The translations under genes and the position numbers were made by a program. From Macrostomum lignano (lineage: Eukaryota), in NCBI GenBank assembly GCA_002269645.1, contig NIVC01000986.1:186001-250000 (forward strand): a stretch of DNA of 64,000 nucleotides. Direction: 5' to 3'. Below the pieces are notes generated by a model. That model was not told the origin of the DNA and ran no database searches. It worked only from the letters and a program-made list of their open reading frames with translations. Positions 38,892 to 49,779 of this stretch are shown one piece after another (within the stretch, counting starts at the first letter, position 1; every line of letters starts with the position of its first letter).

Positions 38892-41800
38892 ATGGATAAT
38901 AATACCGATGGCGCGTATGGTGCTGGAAAAGCACAAGGTTTCGGCTTCGCGTTCGATCCACTTGAATTTATAAAGCGACCTACAACTATCCTTCGTCTTG
39001 TCTCTTGGGTAAGCTGCTACAAAATATTTATGTATGATATGATACGCCTATGGCCATATAGGTGTGCAGTAGATATAAAACTGAAGGCAATGTTTCCTGT
39101 CCCAGTATACCGAAGTGCCTAATATATTGTTCCTAAAATTTCCTAAACTGGTACTGTTGCACATTAGAGTGAAACAAATTAGCTAAAGTTATATGTTAAA
39201 AATATGTTCAATATGTTTAGTATTCAACATTTACTTCCCATCAGAGTCTAGTTAAACATTAATAAACTTTCTATTTACTTATTTCACATGCTGGGTTGAA
39301 AAGCTTTTTTACTATTGGGTCAATCCTAGTATATAATCATTTATTGATTGTCACTAGGGGCCTAATAGTAATGCAGTCAACTATAGCAATGATAATTTAT
39401 AATAAAATGGTAGTACAAAACACTTGAAGTCTATAAAAGAGATTTCTAGATTCATTTGAATGTAAGAAATTATTTGATCTGCAATCATCATCTGGCTTGC
39501 AGTTTTTTGCTGTGATTGTATTTGGCTGCATCAGCAGTGGAGGCTACGTAGAAGATGTTTGCATCATGAAGGGCGACAAGAATGCTTGCGGCTTTGGCAT
39601 CTTTGTTGGCGTGTTCGCCTTCATCGCCTGCATCCTGTTCCTGCTGGGTGACGTGCTGTTCGAGAAGCTGTCCTCTGTGCAACATCGCAAGTTTCTCGTC
39701 ATTGGCGATCTCGGCTTTTCTGGTGAGTTGCAGGGTAAATTTGGGATGGGTGTAAATGCCAGCATGCAGGGTGAATCTTGGATAGGTGTGAATGAAAGCA
39801 TTCAGGGTGAATCTGGGATGGGTGTGAATGCCAGCATGCAGGGTGAATCTGGGATAGGTGTGAATGCCAGCATGCAGGGTGAATCTGGGATAGGTGTGAA
39901 TGCCAGCATGCAGGGTGAATCTGGGATGGGTGTGAATGCCAGCATGCAGGGTGAATCTGGGATAGGTGTGAATGCCAGCATGCAGGGTGAATCTGGGATA
40001 GGTGTGAATGCCAGCATGCAGGGTGAATCTGGGATAGGTGTGAATGCCAGCATGCAGGGTGAATCTTGGATGGGTGTGAATGCCAGCATGCAGGGTGAAT
40101 CTGGGATAGGTGTGAATGCCAGCATGCAGGGTGAATCTGGGATAGGTGTGAATGCCAGCATGCAGGGTGAATCTTGGATGGGTGTGAATGCCAGCATGCA
40201 GGGTGAATCTGGGATAGGTGTGAATGCCAGCATGCAGGGTGAATCTTGGATGGGTGTGAATGCCAGCATGCAGGGTGAATCTTGGATGGGTGTGAATGCC
40301 AGCATGCAGGGTGAATCTGGGATGGGTGTGAATGCCAGCATGCAGGGTGAATCTGGGATGGGTGTGAATGACAGCATGCAGGGTGAATCTGGGATGGGTG
40401 TGAATGCCAGCATGCAGGGTGAATCTGGGATGGGTGTGAATGCCAGCATGCAGGGTGAATCTGGGATGGGTGTGAATGCCAGCATGCAGGGTGAATCTGG
40501 GATGGGTGTGAATGCCAGCATGCAGGGTGAATCTGGGATGGGTGTGAATGCCAGCATGCAGGGTGAATCTGGGATGGGTGTGAATGAAAGTGTATTTGCC
40601 TTCGGTACTCTTGTCGGATTGCTTGGCTGCTGCCAGACCTATGGCCGATAGAAAATGGGTTCCGTTTGATAGAAAAGCCTACTTAAAGTAGTATAAACAC
40701 TGAAATACTCTAAGTATTGCCGCGCCCGAGCCGAGCAGTTCAGGCACACAAAGTACACAAAGAGGTCCTGAATTTCCCGCAAATTTACCGCGGGAGGTGG
40801 GTCAGCGGCTGCTCCGAGAACATCAATTTAAAATTCCATTGAAAACGTTTCGCTTGTTTTGCTGTCTGCATGCCAAGCTTTTCGATGACATGAAAATACT
40901 TTTCATTGCCTGGCGCTTCCAACTCCCGCAGCTGCCTGGGCCTTCTTTTATTTCGTGGCCTTCTGCTACCTCACCAACAAGTGGACCACCACCTCCGAGG
41001 AGTTCATCCTCATCAACGACGTGAAGCCGTGGCAGGCCTCCAACGTGCGCGCCAGCATCGCCTTCTCCTTCTTCTCCATCGCCAGCTTCGGCGCACTGGC
41101 CTTCTTCGCTTTTCAGAAATTCCGCATGGGCGCGCAGGGCGCCTTCCAGACTTCCGACCAGGTGAGCGGATCGGTGCACTGATGAATGCGAGTGGTGCCA
41201 GTCCGGGTCTGGGGCTGGCTGGGGAGCCAGTCCGGGTCTGGGGCTGGCTGGGGAGCCAGTCCGGGTCTGGGGCTGGCTGGGGAGCCAGTCCGGGTCTGGG
41301 GCTGGCTGGGGAGCCAGTCCGGGTCTGGGGCTGGCTGGGGAGCCAGTCTGGGTTTAGGGCATGGTTGGGGTGCCGGTCCGGGTTTAGGGCATGGTTGGGG
41401 TGCCGGTCCGGGTTTAGGGCATGGTTGGGGTGCCAGTCTGGGTTTATGGCATGGTTGGGGTGCCAGTCCGGGTCTGGGGCTGGCTGGGGAGCCAGTCCGG
41501 GTCTGGGGCTGGCTGGGGAGCCAGTCCGGGTCTGGGGCTGGCTGGGGAGCCAGTCTGGGTTTAAGGCATGGTTGGGGTGCCGGTCCGGGTTTATGGCATG
41601 GTTGGGGTGCCAGTCTGGGTTTATGGCATGGTTGGGGTGCCAGTCCGGGTTTAGGGCATGGTTGGGGTGCCAGTCTGGGTTTATGGCATGGTTGGGGTGC
41701 CAGTCCGGGTCTGGGGCTGGCTGGGGAGCCAGTCTGGGTTTATGGCATGGTTGGGGTGCCAGTCCGGGTTTATGGCATGGTTGGGGTGCCAGTCTGGGTT

Positions 41801-42767
41801 TAGGGCATGGTTGGGGTGCCGGTCCGGGTTTATGGCATGGTTGGGGTGCCAGTCTGGGTTTATGGCATGGTTGGGGTGCCAGTCTGGGTTTAGGACATGG
41901 TTGGGGTGCCAGTCTGGGTTTAGGACATGGTTGGGGTGCCAGTCTGGGTTTAGGACATGGTTGGGGTGCCAGTCTGAGTTGATGGCATGGTTGGGGTGCC
42001 AGTCTGGGTTTATGGCATGGTTGGGGTGCCAGTCCGGGTTTATGGCATGGTTGGGGTGCCAGTCTGGGTTTATGGCATGGTTGGGGTGCCGGTCCGGGTT
42101 TAGGGCATGGTTGGGGTGCCAGTCCGGGTTTAAGGCATGGTTGGGGTGCCAGTCTGGGTTTAGGGCATGGTTGGGGTGCCAGTCTGGGTTTATGGCATGG
42201 TTGGGGTGCCAGTCCGGGTTTAGGGCATGGTTGGGGTGCCAGTCTGGGTTTATGGCATGGTTGGGGTGCCAGTCTGGGTTTATGGCATGGTTGGGGTGCC
42301 GGTCCGGGTTTAGGGCATGGTTGGGGTGCCGGTCCGGGTTTAGGGCATGGTTGGGGTGCCAGTCCGGGTTTAGGACATGGCTGGGGTGCCAGTCCGGGTT
42401 TAGGGCATGGTTGGGGTGCCAGTCCGGGTTTAGGACATGGCTGGGGTGCCAGTCCGGGTTTAGGACATGGCTGGGGTGCCGGTCCGGGTTTATGGCATGG
42501 TTGGGGTGCCGGTCCGGGTTTAGGGCATGGTTGGGGTGCCGGTCTCGCCGAGAATTTCACGAACCCTACCCACCGCCTCATCCCACCTGTACCCAGATCG
42601 AGAGCCAGATTGCCGGCGCAGATGGCAGCGGCGGAGTCGGCGGCGGAGTCGGTGGTGGAGTCGGCGGAGCCCCGGGCGGCGGCTTCCAGCAGCCTCCGTT
42701 CGGCGCCGGAGGCGGTGGGGGAGACTTCGGCGGCGGCGGCCAGCAGTTCCAGCCGCCCGCCTACTGA
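38892..42767 (+). CDS. SYNGR: Synaptogyrin (MARVEL domain), 4 exons, ~245 aa
   Basis: Exons 38892-39008, 39503-39722, 40932-41161, 42597-42767, phase-consistent. Motifs: GAYGAGKA..FDPLEFIKRPTTILRLVSW, FAVIVFGCIS..GY, CGFGIFVGVFAF, QHRKFLVIGDLGFS, WAFFYFVAFCYLTNKW, RASIAFSFFS, C-terminal FQPPAY*. Confidence 0.93.
39728..40588. repeat. 30-bp minisatellite in synaptogyrin intron 2
   Basis: Unit GGTGTGAATGCCAGCATGCAGGGTGAATCTGGGAT-like with 30-bp period; starts right after the donor at 39723. Confidence 0.96.
41190..42545. repeat. 30-bp minisatellite (two interleaved unit types) in synaptogyrin intron 3
   Basis: GCCAGTCCGGGTCTGGGGCTGGCTGGGGA-type and GCCAGTCTGGGTTTATGGCATGGTTGGGGT-type units. 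Confidence 0.95.
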
Positions 42768-42818
42768 GTTGGCACTGACTGGGTGACCTGAGTGCTCGCT
42801 GCTCTGTTGGACTGCTCC

Positions 42819-42819
<1 letters not shown>

Positions 42820-42875
<56 letters not shown>

Positions 42876-42970
42876 TTCTGTCTGTCTGTCTGTCTTTCTG
42901 TCTGTCTTTCTGTCTGTCTTTCTGTCTGTCTGACTGTCTGTCTGTCTGTCTGTCTTTCTTTCTGTGTGTG

Positions 42971-43035
<65 letters not shown>

Positions 43036-43083
43036 GCCTGCCTGTCTGTCTGCCTGTCATCTGTCTGTCCATCTGTCTGTCTG
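42820..43083. repeat. (TGTC)n microsatellite
   Basis: Directly visible, with interruptions. Confidence 0.97.
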
Positions 43084-43457
43084 TACCTTCTCTCCAATCT
43101 CTTCTCCGGCCTTCCTCAGCTTTGGTCATCCTCCATTCCCGCCGCAGGAGCTCTTGCTTACCAGTCATGTCTCACTGGCCTGGCATTGGGCTCCCCTGGC
43201 CCTGCCAGAGCGCATAGGAAAATCCGCAGACTGTTTTTAATTACCCGTTTTATGTTGAGCAGTTTAAACACTTTAATTATTCTCAGTTCTTCTTGAGCTA
43301 ATCGGTTTTAATTAATCCCCTCTGTTAGCTCACACCTGTAATGCATATTATTGCTGCGAGAATCTGCAGTAGTCGCTTTTTCTCCATCAGCCGTCGTAAT
43401 TTTTTTGTCTGTAGCTTTTCCTTGTTTTCTTTTGTTATAGCAGATATTATTATTATA

Positions 43458-44284
43458 CGAGGGGTGTCCCAAAAGTTCCCGGAATGTCTAACGTAGCTCT
43501 TCAACAGAGCCATGAAATTTCAGGCCCATGGTGTCAAATGAAAGGAAATTTTGTCACAAAGAATACAAAGTTAAAATCATGTTGATATCTTTTTTATTCA
43601 AGAGCTACAGCAAGAAACTTGCGCAAAGGTCAGGGGTAGTGTTACACAACCTCAACAATCTATGGCAATAATTTTTTCATCTTCATTTTTGGAGTTTTTC
43701 ATTTTGAATTTGTGCTACTGACGTGTCAGAAAGACGTGGTAGTGTCTATGGAAAAAAGCAGAAATGCTCATAAAGCTAATCTGAGCTTTTGCACGAGTGC
43801 AGATAATTTGTACCAAGCGCTTGTTTTCAACTTGAAATTTCTTTGCGAAAATGAGTTCTCTTCAGAGCCTTGAAAGTCAGCGAAGTCAAGTTTTTGCCCT
43901 TTGGTCAGTAGGATGGAGTGGAGCCAAGATTTCTGACCACTTATTCTCCATCCACGGTGAGAACAGCCTGAAAAAAACTGCAATTTACGGATGGATCGAA
44001 CGCTTTAGAGATGGCCAGTCTGCTGTGAATGAATTCAAAATGAAAAACTCCGAAAATGGAGATGAAAAAATTATTGCCATAGATTGTTGAGGTTGTGTAA
44101 CACTGCCCCTGACCTTTGCGCAAGTTTCTTGCTGTAGCTCTTGAATAAAAAAGATATCAACATGATTTTAACTTTGTATTCTTTGTGACAAAATTTCCTT
44201 TTATTTGACACCATGGGCGTGAAATTTCATGGCTCTGTTGAAGAGTTGCGTTGGACATTCCGGGAGCTTTTGGGACACCCCTCG
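43458..44284 (+). mobile_element. Internally deleted, non-autonomous mariner element with ~250-bp TIRs
   Basis: TA|CGAGGGGTGTCCCAAAAG ... CTTTTGGGACACCCCTCG|TA. The arms at ~43458-43710 and ~44032-44284 are reverse complements. The interior retains a mariner HTH remnant, HLFSIHGENSLKKTAIYGWIERFRDGQSAV. Confidence 0.9.
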
Positions 44285-44874
44285 TAATTGCTGCTAAGAC
44301 TACGCTCGTATGGTTATTGTTATTCCTGTACCCTGGAAAGCAGCAGAGCCGCCACCGCATCAGCATAATAGGAAAATCCGCATGGATGCCGCTCCCTGGC
44401 CACGATAGCATTGCTCTGTTCGCTACACTTTTATTTATCACTCAGTTTTATCTACTAGTTTGCTCTCTATACTACTTATATCGTTACTCTCTAGTCAAGC
44501 GCATTCTGTCCGTATTTATCAGGCGACAACGAAATTTTGTGAACTGCTCGGATTAGCTATACAGTAAGCCTGTTTGCTGTTTCGTCTCCCAGCCACTACT
44601 TAACAGTTCCTCAGCAATTGTTTTACTGATTGATTATCGAGCACCCACTGGATATCCATGAGGTCACCTGATTAACCTCTGCACCCTGCTGCCTCGTCAT
44701 TCTAATGCAAAGCTTTGCTAGCCATCTAGTCAATTTCAGAATAAACTAATTAGCACTGGAGGCATATCAGTGCCTGGGCAGTCCCGGGCAACTACCTGAG
44801 CCGGTCCTGGCACCCGGGGCTTTTTGATTTGTTACTCATTTGCACTGCTGCTTGCGGAGCAGCTGGTGGAGAAG

Positions 44875-45870
44875 GGAGGTGCTGGGTCGGAGAGGAGGAG
44901 ATGCTGGGTGGGAGAGGAGATGCTGCGTGGGAGAGGAGATGCTGCGTGGGAGAGGAGATGCTGGGTAGGAGAGGAGATGCTGGGTGAGAGAGGAGATGCT
45001 GGGTGGGAGAGGAGGTGCTGGGTCGGAGAGGAGATGCTGGGTGGGAGAAGAGATGCTGGGTGGGAGAGGAGATGCTGGGTGGGAGAGGAGGTGCTGGGTG
45101 GGAGAGGAGATGCTGGGTGGGAGAGGAGATGCTGGGTGGGAGAGGAGATGCTGGGTGGGAGAGGAGATGCTGCGTGGGAGAGGAGATGCTGCGTGGGAGA
45201 GGAGATGCTGGGTGAGAGAGGAGATGCTGGGTGGGAGAGGAGGTGCTGGGTGGGAGAGGAGATGCTGGGTGGGAGAGGAGATGCTGGGTGAGAGAGGAGA
45301 TGCTGCGTGGGAGAGGAGGTGCTGGGTCGGAGAGGAGATGCTGGGTGGGAGAGGAGGTGCTGGGTGGGAGAGGAGATGCTGGGTGGGAGAGGAGATGCTG
45401 GGTGAGAGAGGAGATGCTGCGTGGGAGAGGAGATGCTGGGTGGGAGAGGAGATGCTGGGTGGGAGAGGAGGTGCTGGGTCGGAGAGGAGATGCTGGGTGG
45501 GAGAGGAGATGCTGGGTGGGAGAGGAGGTGCTGGGTCGGAGAGGAGATGCTGGGTGGGAGAGGAGATGCTGCGTGGGAGAGGAGATGCTGGGTGGGAGAG
45601 GAGATGCTGGGTGAGAGAGGAGATGCTGGGTGGGAGAGGAGATGCTGGGTGGGAGAGGAGATGCTGGGTGGGAGAGGAGGGGATGCTGGGTGGGAGAGGA
45701 GATGCTGGGTGGGAGAGGAGATGCTGGGTGGGAGAGGAGGGGATGCTGGGTGGGAGAGGAGATGCTGGGTGGGAGAGGAGATGCTGGGTGGGAGAGGAGG
45801 GGATGCTGGGTGGGAGAGGAGATGCTGGGTGGGAGAGGAGATGCTGGGTGGGAGAGCAGGGGATGCTGGT
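44875..45870. repeat. Purine-rich ~19-bp minisatellite
   Basis: Unit GGAGAGGAGATGCTGGGTG. Confidence 0.95.
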
Positions 45871-46022
45871 GTAGTGTGAGCATCTTTTGCGTATTCTATT
45901 AGTTAGGTTTTGCAATATTGTTATTGAATTATTATTTTAGTTTAGTCATGCGTTTTTGATGTACTTTTTCTTGTTAGTTAAAATCTAAATTTGTAAACAC
46001 AGGTTAGAAGTCAGACGCCAAT

Positions 46023-46500
46023 TGTGACTCAGCGGAGGGTTGAGTTTTTCTGCGAACCCCAGCTTTGCGCGGCCAGCCAATCAGAACCGGCCTGGACCCT
46101 GGCACGCGGCAAGTTCCAGTTCTACCCGGCGCCGCGGGCACAGTGCAAATCAGCTTAGCGGGCGGCCGGCCAGACGACCACCACCCGGCTTGAGGGGGGT
46201 TGTGAGGGTTTGACTCTGACTATATATGAAAGTGTATTTGGCAATCGGATCTCGCCTTCTTTCCCCGGTTCTTGGTTTTGTCCAGCTTCCCGGCCGCTTA
46301 CCCTCGTTTTGGTTCGCGCTTTGAGGCGCTTGAGTTCGTCACCCCCGGTCCATATTTTTGTTCCCGCCCGACCGCTTCAGTCTTGTAGCGTAACGATTCG
46401 GCATCCTTGTCTGACGTCGTCGCTATCAAGCGCGGTTTAGGTAGAGACTGTCGGATCTGATCAAGTACGCGGCCTCGACCCCGAGGGCCTCAGTGTCACA
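46023..46500 (-). mobile_element. Probable 478-bp LTR with an adjacent PBS-like site
   Basis: Termini are TGTGAC...GTCACA, with internal CCAAT and TATA-like motifs. On the minus strand TGGCGTC follows 2 nt after the end. No TSD and no second LTR in the window. Confidence 0.4.
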
Positions 46501-47419
46501 CTGAAGGGCAGCGCTGATAGAATTTAGTCAGTGCTCCGTTGAACGGTCAATTCGGCAGGGCTCTCGTTTGAGTGTAGGTTCTGGTTTAGGCCAGGGGTTA
46601 GGAGTCTTCTCCGTGGTCGTGTTCGGTTCCTCTTTTTCTTCTTCAAGCTGAGATCCGCTTGCCAATTGCGTTATTAATTTATTATTAATCGTTGTATCGT
46701 CATTACTCATTATCATCAGTGTCAATTTATCTGCGCCGTGAATCGTTTTGAGAACCTTGTAGCTTATTATAGCTTGTCAAATTAAACCGTCAATCAAGTT
46801 TAGTTATTCTTGAAATAGGATTATCACTCTAAATCTTTCGGTTCGTGTTCCCTCGTGTTCTTTCTTTTCTTGTACTGTACCTGCGGCTATTGGAGAAAGA
46901 CTGGTAGAACTCGCCGACCGGCGATAGGCGATTAGGGTCAATAGCTTTAAAATCTCCGAACGCTCCAAGTAGGTTTGTCTAGGGCCTAAATACGAAGTAA
47001 TTGCTTACCGTGCATGCTATTTATCTAATTGCCTTTTTATCACACTGGGATACATGGAAGAGGCCACATCAAATTGCTGACTGTGCAAACGCGAGACAAA
47101 GAGGCGGAGCTGTGAGAGCATCGTGGCTGCCAGATCAACCGAGTCCGCAGTGCGGAATGCCAGCCATGCAATGCATTGTATTTTATCTGCCATGGGCCTG
47201 CCGGTCCGCGCCAGTCAGTCTGCAGGGCTTGTCCGAATCGGGTTGGGAGAGGGTGGGCCATCCAAATACGTGTACAGCTATTTTTACGTGTGGTCTTACA
47301 AAGAGATTTCAAGCCTATAGATTGAAGATAGAATCAAGCCACTGAGATTTTACAAGCAAGGGAGAAAATCCTGCGGGTCAAGCCAAGGTGTGGTTCAGGC
47401 CTTGGAGAAGGGGGTTGAA

Positions 47420-48260
47420 ACTATACGAGGTGGGTCAAGCCTTGAAGAAGGGGGTCAAGCCTCGAGGGTGAGTCAAGCCTAGTACATGTAAGTGGACCAA
47501 ACCTAGAAAGTCTGCCAAGCCCAGGTGGGTCAAACCTAGAAAATGAGTCAAACCTAGGTGATTCAAGCCTAAAAACTGGGTCAAGCCTAAAAAGTAAAAA
47601 GTAAAAGACTAAAAAGTGAGTCACACCTAGAAGAAAGTGGGTCAAGACTGGAAGAAGGTGGATCAAACCTTCAAGAAGCTGGCTTATAGGGAAGCGGGTC
47701 AAGCCTACGAGAAGATGGTTCAACCTTAGGAGATTATTCAAGCCTAGGGGGAAGCGGGTCAAGCCTAGGAGATTATTCAAGCCTAGGGGGAAGCGGGTCA
47801 AGCCTACGAGAAGATGGTTCAACCCTGGGGGAAGCGGGTCAAGCCTAGGGGGAAGCGGGTCAAGCCTAGGAGATGATTCAAGCCTAGGGGGAAGCGGGTC
47901 AAGCCTACGAGAAGATGGGTCAAGTCTATGAGATTATTCAAGCTAAGGGGGAAGCGGGTCAAGCCTACGAGAAGATGGTTCAAGCCTAGGGGGAAGCGGG
48001 TCAAGCCTTGGGGGAAGCGGGTCAAACCTAGGGAGAAGCGGGTCAAGCCTAGGGGGAAGCGGGTCAAGCCTAGGAGATGGTTCAAGCCTAGGGGGAAGCG
48101 GGTCAAGCCTAGAAGATGATTCAAGGCTAACGGGAAGTGGGTCAACCTACATGTACATGCATGAGAAGATGGTTCCAGTTACGAGGTGGGTCAAAGGTTT
48201 AGGAGGAGGTGAATCGAACCTATTTGGTGGAGTCTGGGAGAACGGATGGTCAAGCCTAGA
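47420..48260. repeat. Degenerate ~21-bp minisatellite
   Basis: CAAGCCTAGGGGGAAGCGGGT-type units with variants. Confidence 0.85.
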
Positions 48261-48322
48261 CTAAGTTGCTCAGTAAAAAGGTCCGGTCGGTCCCGCAGCT
48301 GATTTGCCCGCGGAAAGCGCGG

Positions 48323-48925
48323 CTAGCCGAGCGCGCCGCCCAGGATGTTCATGATCGGCCAGTGATAGGCGTAGGGCCGCCGGCTCTGCAGCCGCTTGTA
48401 GTACAGGCTGCAGGGTCGCCACTGGCCGCGCTTGCCGTAGCGGCACAGCGGGCGGCCCCGTCCGCCAACGCGCTTGCCGGGCAGGTGGAAGGCGTGGTGC
48501 TCCTTCACCAGCCTGCCCAGCAGCCGGCGCAGCTCCGACCGGGACATTCGGCGACGCACATCGCGCCCGGCCATCAGCAGCTGGCAGTCGCCGCCGCCGC
48601 CACCGCCGCTCTCGCCGCTTTTCGTTGGCTCGTTGGCTGCTCGACGTCGGAGGCGATCCCCGACATCATCATCGTCGTCGATTTCGACTGCGTCGCCAAG
48701 TTCAGCGAGCGCGTCATCCTCATCCCAGGGCGCAGCGTCCTGCAGGTCGGCCGCCGCCACCGCGGCTGCTGAAGTCAGCGGAGGCGAGCCCTTCCGGCCC
48801 ACGGCGGCCGACGCAGCCATGGAGGCGGGCATCGGCGCCGGCGGGGGCTGCGCGTTGACCAACGTGGCAGCGGCGGACAGCAGCAGCAGCAGCAGCTGGC
48901 CCGCTGAGCCCGACAATGCCGTCAT
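48323..48925 (-). CDS. Secreted 200-aa protein, putative neuropeptide/prohormone precursor
   Basis: ATG ORF with high GC3, a signal peptide (QLLLLLLSAAATLVNA/Q), an acidic spacer, and processing-like sites RRR, GKR x2 and KR. Confidence 0.6.
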   Translation of the reverse strand: MTALSGSAGQLLLLLLSAAATLVNAQPPPAPMPASMAASAAVGRKGSPPLTSAAAVAAADLQDAAPWDEDDALAELGDAVEIDDDDDVGDRLRRRAANEPTKSGESGGGGGGDCQLLMAGRDVRRRMSRSELRRLLGRLVKEHHAFHLPGKRVGGRGRPLCRYGKRGQWRPCSLYYKRLQSRRPYAYHWPIMNILGGALG

Positions 48926-48967
48926 TAAGCCGGGCTGGAAATTCGAACTGGGCGGATGGCTTGCTTG

Positions 48968-49187
48968 TGTCAGATGGGTCCAGTGTGTCAGATAGGGTCC
49001 AGTGTGTCAGATAGGGTCCAGTGTGTCAGATAGGGTCCAGTGTGTCAGATACGGTCCAGTGTGTCGGATAGGGTCCAGTGTGTCAGATACGGTCCAGTGT
49101 GTCAGATAGGGTCCAGTGTGTCAGATAGGGTCCAGTGTGTCAGATAGGGTCCAGTGTGTCAGATAGAGTCCAGTGTGTCAGATAGGG
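48968..49187. repeat. 19-bp minisatellite
   Basis: Unit CCAGTGTGTCAGATAGGGT. Confidence 0.95.
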
Positions 49188-49779
49188 AGATGTGACAAGA
49201 AACCACAGCACACAGCAGAGGGTCCATGAACATCCCTCTGTCTAAAACAAGCTCACATCTTTGAGTCGAGCCGGAAGTCGCAGGTGGATTCGATGCTGAA
49301 TTGCAGAGCTCAGGCCGTCAATGAATGTTTGCTGCAGGCGGTCGGCATGGGAGGCAGTGGAGGCGGCCGGTGCGGTTCCTTCATATTGTGCCGGAGCCAC
49401 GGCCGAGTGGCCGGGAACAAAGGCGTTGGGGATACCAAATTAATGAGCAAGCCATGAATTCAGTTTTCAATGCAGAAATTACAGGTGGCTGGGGCTGATT
49501 CTTGAGATCTGCAGAAGCCGGTGCGAGACAGGCTGTGATTGGCAGATTGGACTGATCAGTGGGCGGAAGGTCCTGAAATCGAGCGCTTTTGTCCTCGGCG
49601 AAATTGATTTGCGCCTGACTGAGCAATGCAGAATGCCTGACAAATGCCGGGTGGCTCCGCATTTGGGAGGCGATCGGCCGTAGCGAATTTGCTGCGCGAT
49701 CGGCAAGCCGCCTCTGAGGAGTGTCCAGCCTGAGCCGGAGGCGAGGAGTCCAGGGCAAGAGAGTCCGGGGTGAGAGAAT

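Noticed and set aside
41340-42540. Telomere-like TTTAGGG words
   Set aside because: They are isolated heptamers inside a 30-bp unit, not tandem telomeric repeats.
41013-43097. 694-aa collagen- or CTD-like ORF on the minus strand
   Set aside because: It is built from the (TGTC)n microsatellite and the 30-bp intronic array, antisense to synaptogyrin.
44792-45915. Pro/His/Ser-rich and Gly/Arg/Trp-rich ORFs of 300-360 aa
   Set aside because: All frames are open because of a low-complexity GGAGA repeat.
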